From a virus: a stretch of 64,000 bases of DNA. The notes under the pieces were generated by a model. That model worked only from the letters and a program-made list of their open reading frames with translations, had not been told where the DNA came from and ran no database searches. A program made the position numbers and the translations under genes. Shown here one piece after another: positions 38,421 through 48,766 of this stretch (positions are counted from its first letter, which is position 1; each line of letters starts with the position of its first letter). Location of the stretch: IMG/VR virus record IMGVR_UViG_3300047497_000260, positions 3,305 to 67,304 of that record, one strand, 5' to 3'.

Positions 38421-39467
38421 CTACGGAACGCGCTCTATGACGCGCCGCAACGTCCGGTTCTCGAGATAGACGCGCTCTGCGGCGTTTTGCGGCTCGTCTC
38501 GAGCGACGACCTCGGCGCGAATCTCGTCAATGCCGATCTTGCGATAATGTCCGTTTTTTAGACCGGCATGGAGGAAAGCGCCGAGCTGGTCGGCGCAGCG
38601 ATCGAGAACGCTCTGGCGGGCGAAATTCACGGACAGGCCTGCCCAAGCCAGCGAAACGCCGCCGCGACGCGCGGGCATCGCTGCATCACCGATGGCGGCT
38701 CATCAACGTCGCCCTGCTCTTCTGCCGCGCAATCGCGTCCAGTGAGCATGTTTATTGCGCGCCGGCTGTTAGCCGGGTCGCGGAGGTCGAGGTAATCGTG
38801 CCCGTCCGTGAACAGGCGACGACGCGTATCGGCCGGCGCGATCATCGCGCCTCGCGATGGGAGGCCTGGGGCTCGCCCCACATATTCTGGACGAGCCTTC
38901 GTCCATAATCATCGACGGTCGGCAGGCAATAAACCTCGGTCGGCCGAGGGCCGGCGAGGCTCAGCGGATCCGGCGTCACGAAGCGCAGCTTCGCCCGCGT
39001 CCTGCCGTCGATGATCGTCGACGTCGAGACCAGCAGCAAAAAGCGGCCGCGCAGGGTCGGCTCGCCGTTGATGGCTTCAAAAGCCACCCGCATCTCGCTA
39101 TGCGCCATTTTCGTGTCGCGCGCCACGACCAGAAACAGCGCGTTTTCGCGATTGCCGTTGCCGTAAAGGAAAGCCTTGAGGAGCCGCCCGTATTGCGAAT
39201 CGCTCAAAGCGCCGCCGCCATCGCCGTATTGGCAAGCGCGCCGCGGACGACCAGGCGCTTGTTGCTGACGCGCCGGAAGCCCTTGCGGGGATGCAGATAG
39301 GTCGTATGCGTCGGCCCGGTCTCGGCGTCGAGCGCGCATTTCGGGATGACCGCGTTCCAGCGCGATATCGGCGCTTCGAGGCGGTCGATGGAGAGCGGCT
39401 TGGCCCGGATCGCGTCAAGCGCGCGGCGAACGCTTGCGTCAGCCGCCTTGCGAAGGCTCTGCTTCAA
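38421..39467 (-). CDS. Chain of four small coupled hypothetical ORFs (39467-39204, 39207-38842, 38845-38627, 38630-38421)
   Basis: Successive NTGA stop/start overlaps downstream of the recombinase. Confidence 0.5.
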
Positions 39468-40444
39468 AGAAATCCCTTTCCCGCATGGTTCTCGAAGATC
39501 CTGGCGCGGCGGTCGTAGACCTTCAGCGTCTTGACTTCGCGATGGCGCGAAACGTCCATCACCTTGAGGAGATCGGCGCCGTCCTCGAGCGCGCTGGTGA
39601 TGAAGCCGGCGCGCAGCGAATGGCCTGAGAAAAGAGCCGGATCGAGCTTGGCCGCGGTCGCCCGCCGCTTCACAATCAGCGCGACGCTTTGCGGCGTGAG
39701 GCCGGCGCGCAGAACGCGCCCTGCCCTGTCGATCCCACGAAAGACATGCCCTTCGACGATCGCCGCAGCCGTGAGCCACGCCTCCAGCGCCTCGATGACC
39801 TGCAGCTTTCGGCCGCGCGGCACCGCGACCTGGTGGCCGCCGCCTTCCTGGTCCGTCTTCGAACGCCTGATATGAACGATGACGCCGGCGGCGTTCCGTT
39901 CGAGATCGTTGACCTTTAAGCCAACCAGCTCCGACCTCCGCAACGCGGCGGCGAAGCCGAGCAACAAAAGGGCCCGGTCGCGCAATCCGGCGATGTCGCC
40001 CGGGATGCGCTTGACCATTAAGGCGACGATCCGCGCCGTCGCCGGCGCTTTGGCGTCGACCGCGACCCCGACCTTCCGGCTGATGCCGCGCAGAACCGCC
40101 TGCACGGCGCCGGTGGAGGTCGGCGCCTCATGCCCCGCCAGGCGATGCGCGTAGGCGATCGCCGCGGCGCGTCTTTTGATCGTCGAAACCTTCAGCCCGC
40201 CATCGGCGAGCGTCGCGAGATAGGCCGCCACGGTCGAGGCCAGGGCGGGCAGCGAGGAGACGGCGTTTGCCGCGCACCAGGCGCGAAACGCTCGAAAATC
40301 GCTGCGATAGGCCCGGCGCGTCGCCTCGGATTTTTCCTGCCGCGCATAGGCGGCGGCGGAGGACAAAGCGTCGAATAGAGCCGGGTCGCCGGCGAGAATT
40401 TCGGAGCCTTGAGGCCTGGCGACCGTCGGAAGATCGTTGCCCAA
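39464..40444 (-). CDS. Cre-like tyrosine recombinase
   Basis: TRRAYRSDF, RDRALLLLGF..ALRRSEL, SKTDQ, SGHSLRAG, RH...Y. Confidence 0.93.
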   Translation of the reverse strand: MGNDLPTVARPQGSEILAGDPALFDALSSAAAYARQEKSEATRRAYRSDFRAFRAWCAANAVSSLPALASTVAAYLATLADGGLKVSTIKRRAAAIAYAHRLAGHEAPTSTGAVQAVLRGISRKVGVAVDAKAPATARIVALMVKRIPGDIAGLRDRALLLLGFAAALRRSELVGLKVNDLERNAAGVIVHIRRSKTDQEGGGHQVAVPRGRKLQVIEALEAWLTAAAIVEGHVFRGIDRAGRVLRAGLTPQSVALIVKRRATAAKLDPALFSGHSLRAGFITSALEDGADLLKVMDVSRHREVKTLKVYDRRARIFENHAGKGFL

Positions 40445-40602
40445 GCCTCGAGACTCACAGGGTAGCGAGAAGGATAGTTATCGCTAGCGTTCGGTCGTCG
40501 CCGTCGACGGCGATACATCCACGCTCGTCGACGGCGAAACGTCAGAAAGCCCGCGGTCGAAACCGGCCGCTTCTGACATTCATGATGGACGCCAAAGGCC
40601 GG

Positions 40603-40836
40603 TCAGCCCTGGATGAGGATGACGGATTCGATGAGATCGGCGCGGATGGCCATCGGCCAGCGCATTTCTTTGCCACGCGTCTCGGTGAACTCGACGAGTT
40701 CGCCGATGAAAATCGTGTTGACGTCCTGAAGCGCCAAGGCATCGGCGAACTCAGAGACGCTGCTAAAGCCTGTCTCGAAAAAGATGTTCTTGGCCAGACC
40801 GCCGGACGCCGCGACCGAGAGAGAAAACCGGGCCAT
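40603..40836 (-). CDS. Hypothetical protein
   Basis: CAGGAG RBS. Confidence 0.5.
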   Translation of the reverse strand: MARFSLSVAASGGLAKNIFFETGFSSVSEFADALALQDVNTIFIGELVEFTETRGKEMRWPMAIRADLIESVILIQG

Positions 40837-41035
40837 TCAAGCTCCTGCCGCGTCAGACCACAGGCCAAAATGCCCATTGCGCTGTCTCATGTGTCGCCAT
40901 GCCCGCAGCATGCCGAGGCGCACACGGCTCACAAAGGCCGCGCGTTGCGCAGCGACAACTTGCTCGTAAGGAAGGTTGGCTTGCGCCGCGATGAGACGCA
41001 AAAACGCCTCTCTGAATTCCGCCTCGCTCAGCTTT

Positions 41036-41894
41036 TCAGCCTTCGTCCGCGCCGCGAAGCCTGATCCTCAGCGGCAGCTCCTGTTGCAGGAGCTCGATGG
41101 CCGCCCGCACCCTCTCCAGATTCGCGCCGCCATCGAGGGCCTGCCTGAGATCCTCATAGCTGAGGTTTCCGACAGCGACGGCTGCCGACGTTTGGTCGAA
41201 ATTCCGCGCTTCTTCCGCGCTGGCGAAGAGCTTCGTTTCGTCGAACTTCGAGCGATAGGCGCTCGTTGTGTAGTAGATGTTCACGCGTTCGCTCCCTCAG
41301 GCGCGGCGACCGGCGTCACCACGAAGCTCGTGCGCGAGGAGCTCTTCGAGCGCTCGCTGCACCAGGCCTCGCCCATCTCCGCCCGGATCGCCGCGGTGTT
41401 GATCCGCGTGCCGACCTCGACCTTCTTCAAAACGATGAATTTCTCGCCCTGCGCCAGCCTGAGGCCGCGCCGGTTGAATTCCTTCTTCAGCGCCTCGAGC
41501 CGCGCGTCGTCCTTATCCTGGCGCGCCGCGATGCGGCCCCATTCGTCGGCGATCGCCCCGTCGCTCACATTGTCGAAGGGCGTCGGCGCGGCCTTGCTCA
41601 TGCGAAAGTCCTCTCGAGCAGCGAGCGTTCGGCGGTCCGGCGAGCCCCACGCGTCGTCACCGGGATCGAGCGGCCCTTGTGGCGGACCGCGCCCGGCGCG
41701 AAGGCGGAGCGCTCGGCCGCCGTCTCGCCGCGGAACGGCTTGCCCGCAATATCGGCGGCGAGCTTCCGGAGGTCGCTGTCGATCTCGCTGCGCTCTTCGA
41801 AAAAGGCGTCGGGCGACCTTCGGCGCACGCTGAGGTCGCGCACCCGGTCGGCAAGCGCGATGACGCGCCTGGCCGCCTCTTCAGACGTCAGCAT
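41036..41894 (-). CDS. Three coupled hypothetical ORFs (41894-41598, 41601-41281, 41284-41036)
   Basis: ATGA/GTGA overlaps. Confidence 0.55.
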
Positions 41895-41954
41895 GGCGGC
41901 AAATCTCGGGAAAATCCGGCAACATCCGGCGAAATCCGCCGAAAAAGGCCCTGA

Positions 41955-41991
41955 AAACGCAAAACGCCCCGCGGCTTGGCCCGGAGCGTTA
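41955..41991 (-). terminator. Putative intrinsic terminator at the head of the late region
   Basis: Minus strand AACGCTCCG...CGGGGCGTT followed by TTGCGTTTT. Confidence 0.5.
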
Positions 41992-42053
41992 GTTCGTCTC
42001 GTCTCTTATGCCACAAGCCCCAGATGGAAGCAATGTCGCGCGCGACGCGATGG

Positions 42054-42275
42054 TTAAGGCTTGCTTTTGGCCGCGCCAGGCCGCCGGACGTCTTGCGCGA
42101 GTTTCAGCCAGTTCATATCGGATTCCGAAAATTCCTCGATCTCGAAAGCGTAGGTGCGCTCCTCATGACCGATCGACAGGCCATGTTTGCGGCAGACCGC
42201 CTCGATTTCGTCGAGAAAGGCGTCGATGTCGTGCGCTTCAAGGCTGTCAGCTGCGTGACGGTTCCACCGTTTCAT
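42054..42275 (-). CDS. Hypothetical protein
   Basis: MKRWNRH..., ATGA overlap with the upstream gene. Confidence 0.55.
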   Translation of the reverse strand: MKRWNRHAADSLEAHDIDAFLDEIEAVCRKHGLSIGHEERTYAFEIEEFSESDMNWLKLAQDVRRPGAAKSKP

Positions 42276-43237
42276 CCCCCCGTCCCCTTGATCGCCCGCG
42301 CCGGCCGCGCCGGGCGCCACATATCCTCCCGCCGCTGCTTGACCGGGCGCCGCTCGCCCTGCCGCGCCGCCATCGAGAGAAGCTCCATCCGCGAATAGAG
42401 CCGCTCGGCGCTCGCCCCGAAAAGATCGGCCGGCTTGCCGGCGTCGCGCTCGCCGAGCCAGGGCGCGGCGGGCGCCGAGGGCGGCAACGCCGCAATCCGC
42501 GCGAGCCGTCCGGCGAGCATCCCCGCCAGCGCCTCGAGGCCTGCCCTCCAGGCCGCATATTCGGCCCGCTCGTTGACGAGGAACTGCGGGTCCGGATCAT
42601 ATTCGAGCGGACAGAAGGCGCCGCTCGCATAAACGCCGCTGCGCAAAGCCTGCGTCGGCGCGTCGACCGCATAGCGCAGCTCCTCGCCGCCGACCGTCTT
42701 CTCCAAGCGTATCGTCGGCGCCAGAACCTGCGGCTTGCCGTTCGGCGCGAGCGCCGGCATGGGCGCCGGGGCCTCGCGCCCGAAGGCCGGCCTTTTGCCG
42801 AGCAGCCCATGCGTCATGACGATATTCTCGACATTGGCGAGCGCCGCCCGGAACGCCCCCTCGACATCGACAGGCAGTCCGATATCGAGCGCCAGCGTCT
42901 CCGGCGCCGCGCTTCCCGCAACCTCGGCGGCGAGCCGGTCCGCCGCCTCCTCGATGGTTATCGCGTCCTCGTCCGGCGGCCCGGCCGCACGCGGCGCCCG
43001 CGGCGCCCGCTCCCATGAAGAGCCGGCCGCGCTCGCCGAGCCGCCGCCGGCGACGCCGGCGAACATCGGCGACACCGTCGGAAAGCCCGGCGGATGCGTC
43101 CAGCGGCCGACCAGGCTCGCGTCGTGACGGACATAATTATAGGGGGTGTCGCCACGCCTTTTGCCGAGCTCGGCGCAGGCCCATGCGACGACGTCCTCGA
43201 TATCGAGCAGCCGTTTAGCCCCGCTCGCAGCGCTCAT
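42272..43237 (-). CDS. Conserved alphaproteobacterial prophage protein, putative late regulator/antiterminator
   Basis: DIEDVVAWA..EL.K ... GAFCPL...P.P....ERAEY..WR..L motif; last large gene before the late region. Confidence 0.55.
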   Translation of the reverse strand: MSAASGAKRLLDIEDVVAWACAELGKRRGDTPYNYVRHDASLVGRWTHPPGFPTVSPMFAGVAGGGSASAAGSSWERAPRAPRAAGPPDEDAITIEEAADRLAAEVAGSAAPETLALDIGLPVDVEGAFRAALANVENIVMTHGLLGKRPAFGREAPAPMPALAPNGKPQVLAPTIRLEKTVGGEELRYAVDAPTQALRSGVYASGAFCPLEYDPDPQFLVNERAEYAAWRAGLEALAGMLAGRLARIAALPPSAPAAPWLGERDAGKPADLFGASAERLYSRMELLSMAARQGERRPVKQRREDMWRPARPARAIKGTGG

Positions 43238-43350
43238 CCGCAGCCCCGGCCGCCGTCGCTGGCGAAAAGCCCTGACGACGCCGGCAAATCTAGCACGATG
43301 CGCCGGCCGCATCAATCTGCGCTGTTGAATTGTGCTTTATCGCCGGCGCG

Positions 43351-43773
43351 CTACGCGGCTTCGTTAATCCTTCGCGCGAAAAGCGCCGGCGCGACGCAAA
43401 AGCCGCGCCGCCCGCGCGCGCAGGAATAGCCGAGCGCCGCGAAGGCCATTTTCGCCGCGCTCCAGAGCGAGGAAAGGCAGCGCGCCGCGCCCTCCGGTCC
43501 GCCATCCGGCCGGTCGCCATAGACGAGATCGATGAGCGCCTCCGCGCCGATCATCGCGCCCGGCCGCGCGGCGAGCGCCAGCATGAGCAGCCTCACCTGC
43601 GGCGGCACGAAAACCTCGCAGCCGAACCGCGCCAGCGCCCCGCCGTCCCACGCCACGAACAGAACATCCGGCTCGCGCAGCGACCGCCGCGCCAGCCCGC
43701 GTTTCGCCGAAACGATCCTGACCTGGACGTCGCGAGGCGCGGTCACGGCTGGGGCGCCTTCCTCCCAGGCCAT
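43351..43773 (-). CDS. Winged-helix (OmpR C-terminal-like) DNA-binding protein; start uncertain
   Basis: LALAARPG...EALIDLVYGDRPDGGP motif. Confidence 0.55.
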   Translation of the reverse strand: MAWEEGAPAVTAPRDVQVRIVSAKRGLARRSLREPDVLFVAWDGGALARFGCEVFVPPQVRLLMLALAARPGAMIGAEALIDLVYGDRPDGGPEGAARCLSSLWSAAKMAFAALGYSCARGRRGFCVAPALFARRINEAA

Positions 43774-44373
43774 CGATGCGATTGCTGAGGTCACAGCGCT
43801 ATCCCTTTCGCCACGCTGACCGCGATCGCGAACGCCGTGCAGCGGGCCACAGCGACGACGTCCGCGAATCTGACCGTCAAGTCGAGCTCCCGATCGGTAG
43901 TGTATCGCGTTAACAAACTCGTTATTTTGAACAATATGCTTGCATGCACGCATAAAACTGAGACACTACCTCCCGATCGGCGGCCGAAAGAAACGAATTC
44001 GTCGCCTGGTCATAGACCGCGATCGCGCAACGGCGCCGCCGCTCAAAAAATGTTCTACAGACAATAGTGGTTTGGATCCTCGGGCATCGTCTTGCTCCAG
44101 GCGGCGTGAACAACCCGCAGCGCCGCTTGCATCATTTGTCGGAGTTCGTAAGCCTCCTTGCGCATCAATGCGCTTTCCCGACACGCCCAAGTCAGAGCGG
44201 CGGGTCTGCCTGGATTGGCGTTCCACCCTGCTTCCGCCATACGTTCAACTAGCTCCAAATCATCAGACTGACGCAAGCGCAGGTCACCTTTCATGGGAGG
44301 CAATCCAGCGTTCGGCTTGAGCCCTCAGCGCCACAGACAACGGCGTTGCCCTTCAAATCCGCAACAACTTCAT

Positions 44374-45119
44374 TCATGACGCACTCCCTTGGGTTGCGGC
44401 CTCGATATCCGCTAGGCGCTTCATGTCGGCGAGCGCCGCTTTGTTGGACGTGTAGAAGTCCGGCAACCGATCAATACCGGGGTCGCTGGCGAGATAAATC
44501 TGCATCGCCGCAGATGCCGTTCCGACCTTACTTTCGAGGGCCGCCCCTTCTGCGCCAGCAAGAGCGACAGCCCATCCGGCGCGACAATGAGCCGTGCCGC
44601 AGTTGTTATGCCAAACGCTCATATCGAGAGCGTTTGGCGCGCTCGCGGCGGCGTATGGATATTCTCGATTTTTGGAGCGCCGCTCAGGACCGCGTTTCTC
44701 AGGTCCGCGCCGCTCAGGACCGCGTTTCTCAGGTCCGCGCCGCTCAGGACCGCGCCGCTCAGGGCCGCGTTTCTCAGGCCCGCGCTTCTCAGGACCGCGT
44801 TTCTCAGGACCGCGTTTCTCAGGTCCGCGCCGCTCAGGTCCGCGCTTCTCAGGTCCGCGCCGCTCAGGTCCGCGCTTCTCAGGTCCACGCCGCTCAGGTC
44901 CGCGCCGCTCAGGGCCGCGCCGCTCAGGGCCGCGCCGATCAGGTCCGCGTCGCTCAGGTCCGCGCCGATCAGGTCCGCGTCGCTCAGGTCCGCGCCGATC
45001 TTGATTGCCCATTTTACAGACAGACCAATCTTGATTGAGGTCGGCGCATCTTCCGCGCATGAGATTTCTGCGGCAAAACTGACGCGGCCTGACCGGCGGT
45101 TGAGTATGTCAAATTTCAT
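44374..45119 (-). pseudogene. Pentapeptide-repeat protein interrupted by a frameshift near 44655
   Basis: A(D/V)L(S/R)(G/N/S) repeats in one frame; C-terminal YAAASAPNALDM..WH..CGTAHCRAGW domain in another. Confidence 0.8.
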
Positions 45120-45209
45120 GGCGTTACCCTTTGGTTAAGTTCGGCGCGGAGGCCGTCGAGGGGGTTGCGGCCTCGATATCCGCTAGGCGCTTCATGTCGG
45201 CGAGCGCCG
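44391..45209. repeat. Identical 48-bp direct repeat (44391-44438 and 45162-45209)
   Basis: gggttgcggcctcgatatccgctaggcgcttcatgtcggcgagcgccg twice. Confidence 0.95.
44680..45000. repeat. 15-bp tandem repeats encoding the pentapeptides
   Basis: (aggtccgcgccgctc)-like units. Confidence 0.9.
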
Positions 45210-45355
45210 GGACAGAAGCTCGTCGCCACGGCGAAGGCGCTGTCGAGATCGACGACGCCCTCGGTCGAAAGGGCGTCGGCCGTTTTCGTCGCGCGAATGT
45301 TCTCCTCATCGGCATGCGTCATTTTTGGCTCCTTTTCAGCAATAAATTGCCCGTT

Positions 45356-45943
45356 TCATCGCCGCGCCGCCTCGCGCTCGCGCAGCGAAAAACCCTCCGC
45401 TGCCTGCCGCAGCATCGCGCCGAGCTCCTTGCGCCTGGCTGGATCGAGCGGCTTCCCCGCCGGCGCGATCTTCGCCGTCAACGCCCTCTCGATCCGCGCC
45501 TCCTCCTCGCGCAGCGCCGCGACCCGCCGCATCGCCGTGGCCCTGAGCTCGCCCGCGGTCGGGCGCCAGCCATTGCCGGCCTCGTGGCGCAGATAGGCCA
45601 GGACCGCCTCCTGCAGCGCCCAGAGCGGGACGTCGGCGCAGATCGCCTTGAACTGCGCGAAGACGAAATCCTGCGCCGCCGCGTCCTCCTCGACCGCCGC
45701 GCGCATCGTCGACAGGCCGGCGATCGTCGCCCGGATTTCATCCCCCGTCGCCGGCTTGAGCGCGCCGGCGAGCTCTGCGCGCCGCGTCATCAGCCCGGTC
45801 CGATGGCCGGCCGAAAGCGGCGCCGGGCAGTCGGCGCCGAGCGCGCTCAGCGCGCGGTCGACGGCGATCGCCAGCGCGCGCGGCAAGGGGCCGGGCTCGC
45901 GGCTAGCTTGCGCGAGCGTCGAAACCTCGTGATCTCTCGGCAT
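45356..45943 (-). CDS. Replication-associated protein (helicase loader/inhibitor-like)
   Basis: DVPLWAL..AV..YL...WRPTAGELR; follows the initiator gene. Confidence 0.55.
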   Translation of the reverse strand: MPRDHEVSTLAQASREPGPLPRALAIAVDRALSALGADCPAPLSAGHRTGLMTRRAELAGALKPATGDEIRATIAGLSTMRAAVEEDAAAQDFVFAQFKAICADVPLWALQEAVLAYLRHEAGNGWRPTAGELRATAMRRVAALREEEARIERALTAKIAPAGKPLDPARRKELGAMLRQAAEGFSLREREAARR

Positions 45944-47015
45944 TTTCCTGATCCCTGATGGCTGCGGCGAGGAAGGAATTGGTCCGGAGCGCGCGCGGCG
46001 GCCCGGCCCTGGCAAAGGGGTCGCCGACGCGCTTCTCTGCCCCCGCCAGCCGGTCCTTCGCCGCCCGCCGCGCCCAGCCGGCGAGATTGGCCCAGCAATA
46101 GGGCCGGAAATTCTGGCGGCGCATCGCATTGTCGATGCCGGCGAACACGTCCTCCTTGGTCACCCCGAGCGCCAGCAGCGCCGTGATCTCGTGGAAATCA
46201 TGGGCGAGGACCACCGGCTCCTGCCCGACCCGCCGCCGGCACTCCGCCTCGAAGCTTGGATTTCGGGGCGTCTCGCGCGCATGCGCCCCTCCCGCTGGAT
46301 CCGGGGAAGGGGTTGTTTTTTCTATAAGGGGGGTGCGGGGGGAAAATTCTTTTTTAGGGGAAGGGGGCAACGCCGATGCAACGGGGTGCAACGCTTCGGG
46401 CGTTGCATGCAACGTTTTTGGCGTTGCAGGCGTTGCATCAAGCGTTGCATGCAACGCTGCACCGGAAGATTCCCTATGTTCTTCAATGACCCTGGCGATC
46501 GTCGCGCGCGTTGCAAGCGTTGCATGCAGCGTTGCATCGTCTTCGCCGGCGCCCGTATCCGGCGCGTGCGCCGCCGCCTGAAGCGCGAGCTCCGGATCGC
46601 CCGAATCGCCAAGACCGCGCCGCCGGCGCTTTCTCTCGCGATAGGCCCGCGAGCGCAGCGTCGCGGGGGCGGCGCCCGCCCCGGCGCACGTCTCGAGCTC
46701 GGCCGCCGCGACGGGCGCGCTCTCGCCCTGCCGATCGACCCATTTGGTGATGATCCCGCTTCCGGTCAGCCGCACGTCCGGCGCCTCGAATTCGGCGAGG
46801 ATCGCTGCGATCGATCCCGTCTCGCAGCGCAGGAGATAGGCGATATCGGCCGCATCGACGCGGTAGGCCCCTCCGCGATCGACCTCGGCGGCCGATTCCC
46901 CCAGCATGTCCCAGACGAAGATTACCCGCTCGAGCGTCTCGCCGCTGCGCATCGCGACGCGCATGAACTTCGGATCGCGGGCCGCGCCTATATAATGCCG
47001 AAACCATGACTTCAT
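45903..47015 (-). CDS. Phage replication initiator (O-like)
   Basis: WFRHY....DPK N-terminus, R.RAYRERKR, internal iteron array. Confidence 0.75.
   Translation of the reverse strand: MKSWFRHYIGAARDPKFMRVAMRSGETLERVIFVWDMLGESAAEVDRGGAYRVDAADIAYLLRCETGSIAAILAEFEAPDVRLTGSGIITKWVDRQGESAPVAAAELETCAGAGAAPATLRSRAYRERKRRRRGLGDSGDPELALQAAAHAPDTGAGEDDATLHATLATRATIARVIEEHRESSGAALHATLDATPATPKTLHATPEALHPVASALPPSPKKEFSPRTPLIEKTTPSPDPAGGAHARETPRNPSFEAECRRRVGQEPVVLAHDFHEITALLALGVTKEDVFAGIDNAMRRQNFRPYCWANLAGWARRAAKDRLAGAEKRVGDPFARAGPPRALRTNSFLAAAIRDQENAERSRGFDARAS
46310..46536. other. Putative replication origin: about 12 CGTTGC(A)/(T)GCAACG iterons plus adjacent T-rich tracts
   Basis: Includes palindromes CGTTGCATGCAACG (46401-46414) and AGCGTTGCATGCAACGCT (46441-46458). 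Confidence 0.7.
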
Positions 47016-47135
47016 GGGGCCTCCGGCCGCGTCCGCCGACACGGCAAAAAAAATCCGTCCCGGCCGAAGCCAGGGCAAAAGCGTTGCTATATTTTCGGAA
47101 CGATCGCCGCCCCTAGGGCGGCCCGCGTATGCCGC

Positions 47136-47516
47136 TCATGGCGCCCTTTCCGCGCGGCTTCCCGCGCTCAGCGTGATCCTGTTCTCGCGCAGCCTCGCGG
47201 CCGCCGATGTCGCATAGGCGCTGCGCTTGACGACGACCGCGCCGCGGCGGATGCCGAGCGTCTCGGCGAGGCCGGGCGCCTTCCGACGCGCCGCCAGCGC
47301 CGCCTCGCGGGCCGCGTGCGCCGCGCGCAATTGCGCTTCGGTCAGCGCGCGCGGGTCGCCGGCGGCGCGGGCGCGGCTGATTTGGTCGCGGACCGAGCCT
47401 TCCGAGGCCTGGCATTTCTCGGCGAGCGCGGCATGCGTGAAGGCGCCGGTCGCCCAGTCGGCGACGAGCGCGTCGCGCTGGCTCGCAAGGCTCGGCAGGC
47501 CGACGCGGGTCTTCAT
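47136..47516 (-). CDS. Putative HTH protein
   Basis: THAALAEK...SEGSVRDQISRAR. Confidence 0.5.
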   Translation of the reverse strand: MKTRVGLPSLASQRDALVADWATGAFTHAALAEKCQASEGSVRDQISRARAAGDPRALTEAQLRAAHAAREAALAARRKAPGLAETLGIRRGAVVVKRSAYATSAAARLRENRITLSAGSRAERAP

Positions 47517-48139
47517 TGCCCCGCCTCCCTTGGCACCGCGCCCTCGTCGCGGTGCAGCCAGCGCACGCGCCCCTCAAAAGCGCCGCCCGTCTCCCAGACG
47601 AGCCAGCAATAGTCGCCGCGCCCGCCCTTCGGCTTGCCGCCGGTCTCAATGAGCGCCTGATAGACCGCGCCGGGCGGCATCGAGGGCCGCGGCGTCACAT
47701 GCCAGACCCGCTGCAGCGGCGTCGCGCGCAGCCAATGGGCCGCCGTCAGCCGCCCCGGCTGCCAGAGCATCGCGACCTTGCCGTCGGCAAGCGCGAGCGC
47801 CCTTTCCGCGAAGGCGCGGAACAGTCGGAACGGCGGGTTCGAGACGATGTTGAGCCTGGCCGCCCCGTCGCGCCGCGCGCAGCCGGGAAAATCGGCGAGA
47901 AAATCGAGCCCGGCGACATAGCCGTCCGCGCGCCAGGCGATATCGGTCCCGAACGCCGCATGGCCTCTCCGACGCGCCGCCGCGACGATATGGCCGAAGC
48001 CGCAGGCGGGATCGAGGATTTCGCCCTCGAAAGGCTCCTCCTCGAAGAGCCGCGCGTCGACCCAGGGCGGCTCGACATAATGGTCGTCCGCCGCGCGCGT
48101 CCAGAGATGCGCCTTGAGCGCGCCCGCCATCATGTTCAT
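47513..48139 (-). CDS. Putative DNA amino-methyltransferase
   Basis: LDPACGFG SAM motif and NPPF catalytic motif. Confidence 0.8.
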   Translation of the reverse strand: MNMMAGALKAHLWTRAADDHYVEPPWVDARLFEEEPFEGEILDPACGFGHIVAAARRRGHAAFGTDIAWRADGYVAGLDFLADFPGCARRDGAARLNIVSNPPFRLFRAFAERALALADGKVAMLWQPGRLTAAHWLRATPLQRVWHVTPRPSMPPGAVYQALIETGGKPKGGRGDYCWLVWETGGAFEGRVRWLHRDEGAVPREAGQ

Positions 48140-48360
48140 GGCGTCGCCCTCCGCGCGCGGGCGAGCCGCCGGCTCTTCAGGCCTTCCGCGCCGAAGGCGC
48201 TGCGCTGGCGCATCCAGACCTCCCATTCCTCCGCCGAGATCGCATGCGCGCGCCGCGCCTCCTCGGCGCTGACGATGCTCGTCCGGACGCCCTCGAGAAG
48301 GAGAAATCGGCGATAGGCCGTCCAGCGCGCGACCGGGGCGAGGAGATCGGCGGCGGTCAT
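48136..48360 (-). CDS. SciP/DUF1153-like protein
   Basis: ADL...RW...R......VR....S.EEA......S.EE...W.......G..GL matches the CtrA-inhibitor SciP pattern. Confidence 0.7.
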   Translation of the reverse strand: MTAADLLAPVARWTAYRRFLLLEGVRTSIVSAEEARRAHAISAEEWEVWMRQRSAFGAEGLKSRRLARARRATP

Positions 48361-48766
48361 GAGGCGCCTCCCGCGAGCGCCCGAGGGCCTGAAACGTGCT
48401 CGCCCTCAAGGCCAAGCCCGCTTCGCGGGTTGCTCGCCGCGCTCGCAGGCCTTGACCGCTCCGCGCGCTTGAGGCTTTGGCCGACCATGGCTTTTGCTGC
48501 GCAAAAGCGGCTGAATGGCCGACTTTGCGCAGCAAAGACAACGGATGCAAAACGCCGCATCGCCCCGGCGCGGTCACCGCGAAGCGGCCGTAACGAAGTG
48601 AAGGAGCGCCGCAGGCGCTTGACGGCGACGGGACGGTGTGGCCCTCCCAAGCCATGGTCGCCGGCGCGCGCCCCGGAACAAAACGCGATGTTCCGGTTTG
48701 GTTCTTTTCCTTGAGACGAAGCTTCCATCGATCCGGCGCGGCCAAGGGCTAAGGCGCCGGCGCGGC

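Noticed and set aside
43900-43930. Full CtrA box in the AT-rich stretch
   Set aside because: TTAA-N8-TTAT does not fit TTAA-N7-TTAA
44680-45000. 15-bp repeats as a CRISPR array
   Set aside because: Head-to-tail coding repeats with no spacers and no cas genes
44374-45060. RRGPE-repeat protein
   Set aside because: Alternative-frame reading of the pentapeptide repeats; only its C-terminal part looks real
44391-45209. 48-bp direct repeat as a DGR TR/VR pair
   Set aside because: The copies are identical with no adenine-specific mismatches, are short, lie 14 kb from the RT and are not in a CLec-type gene
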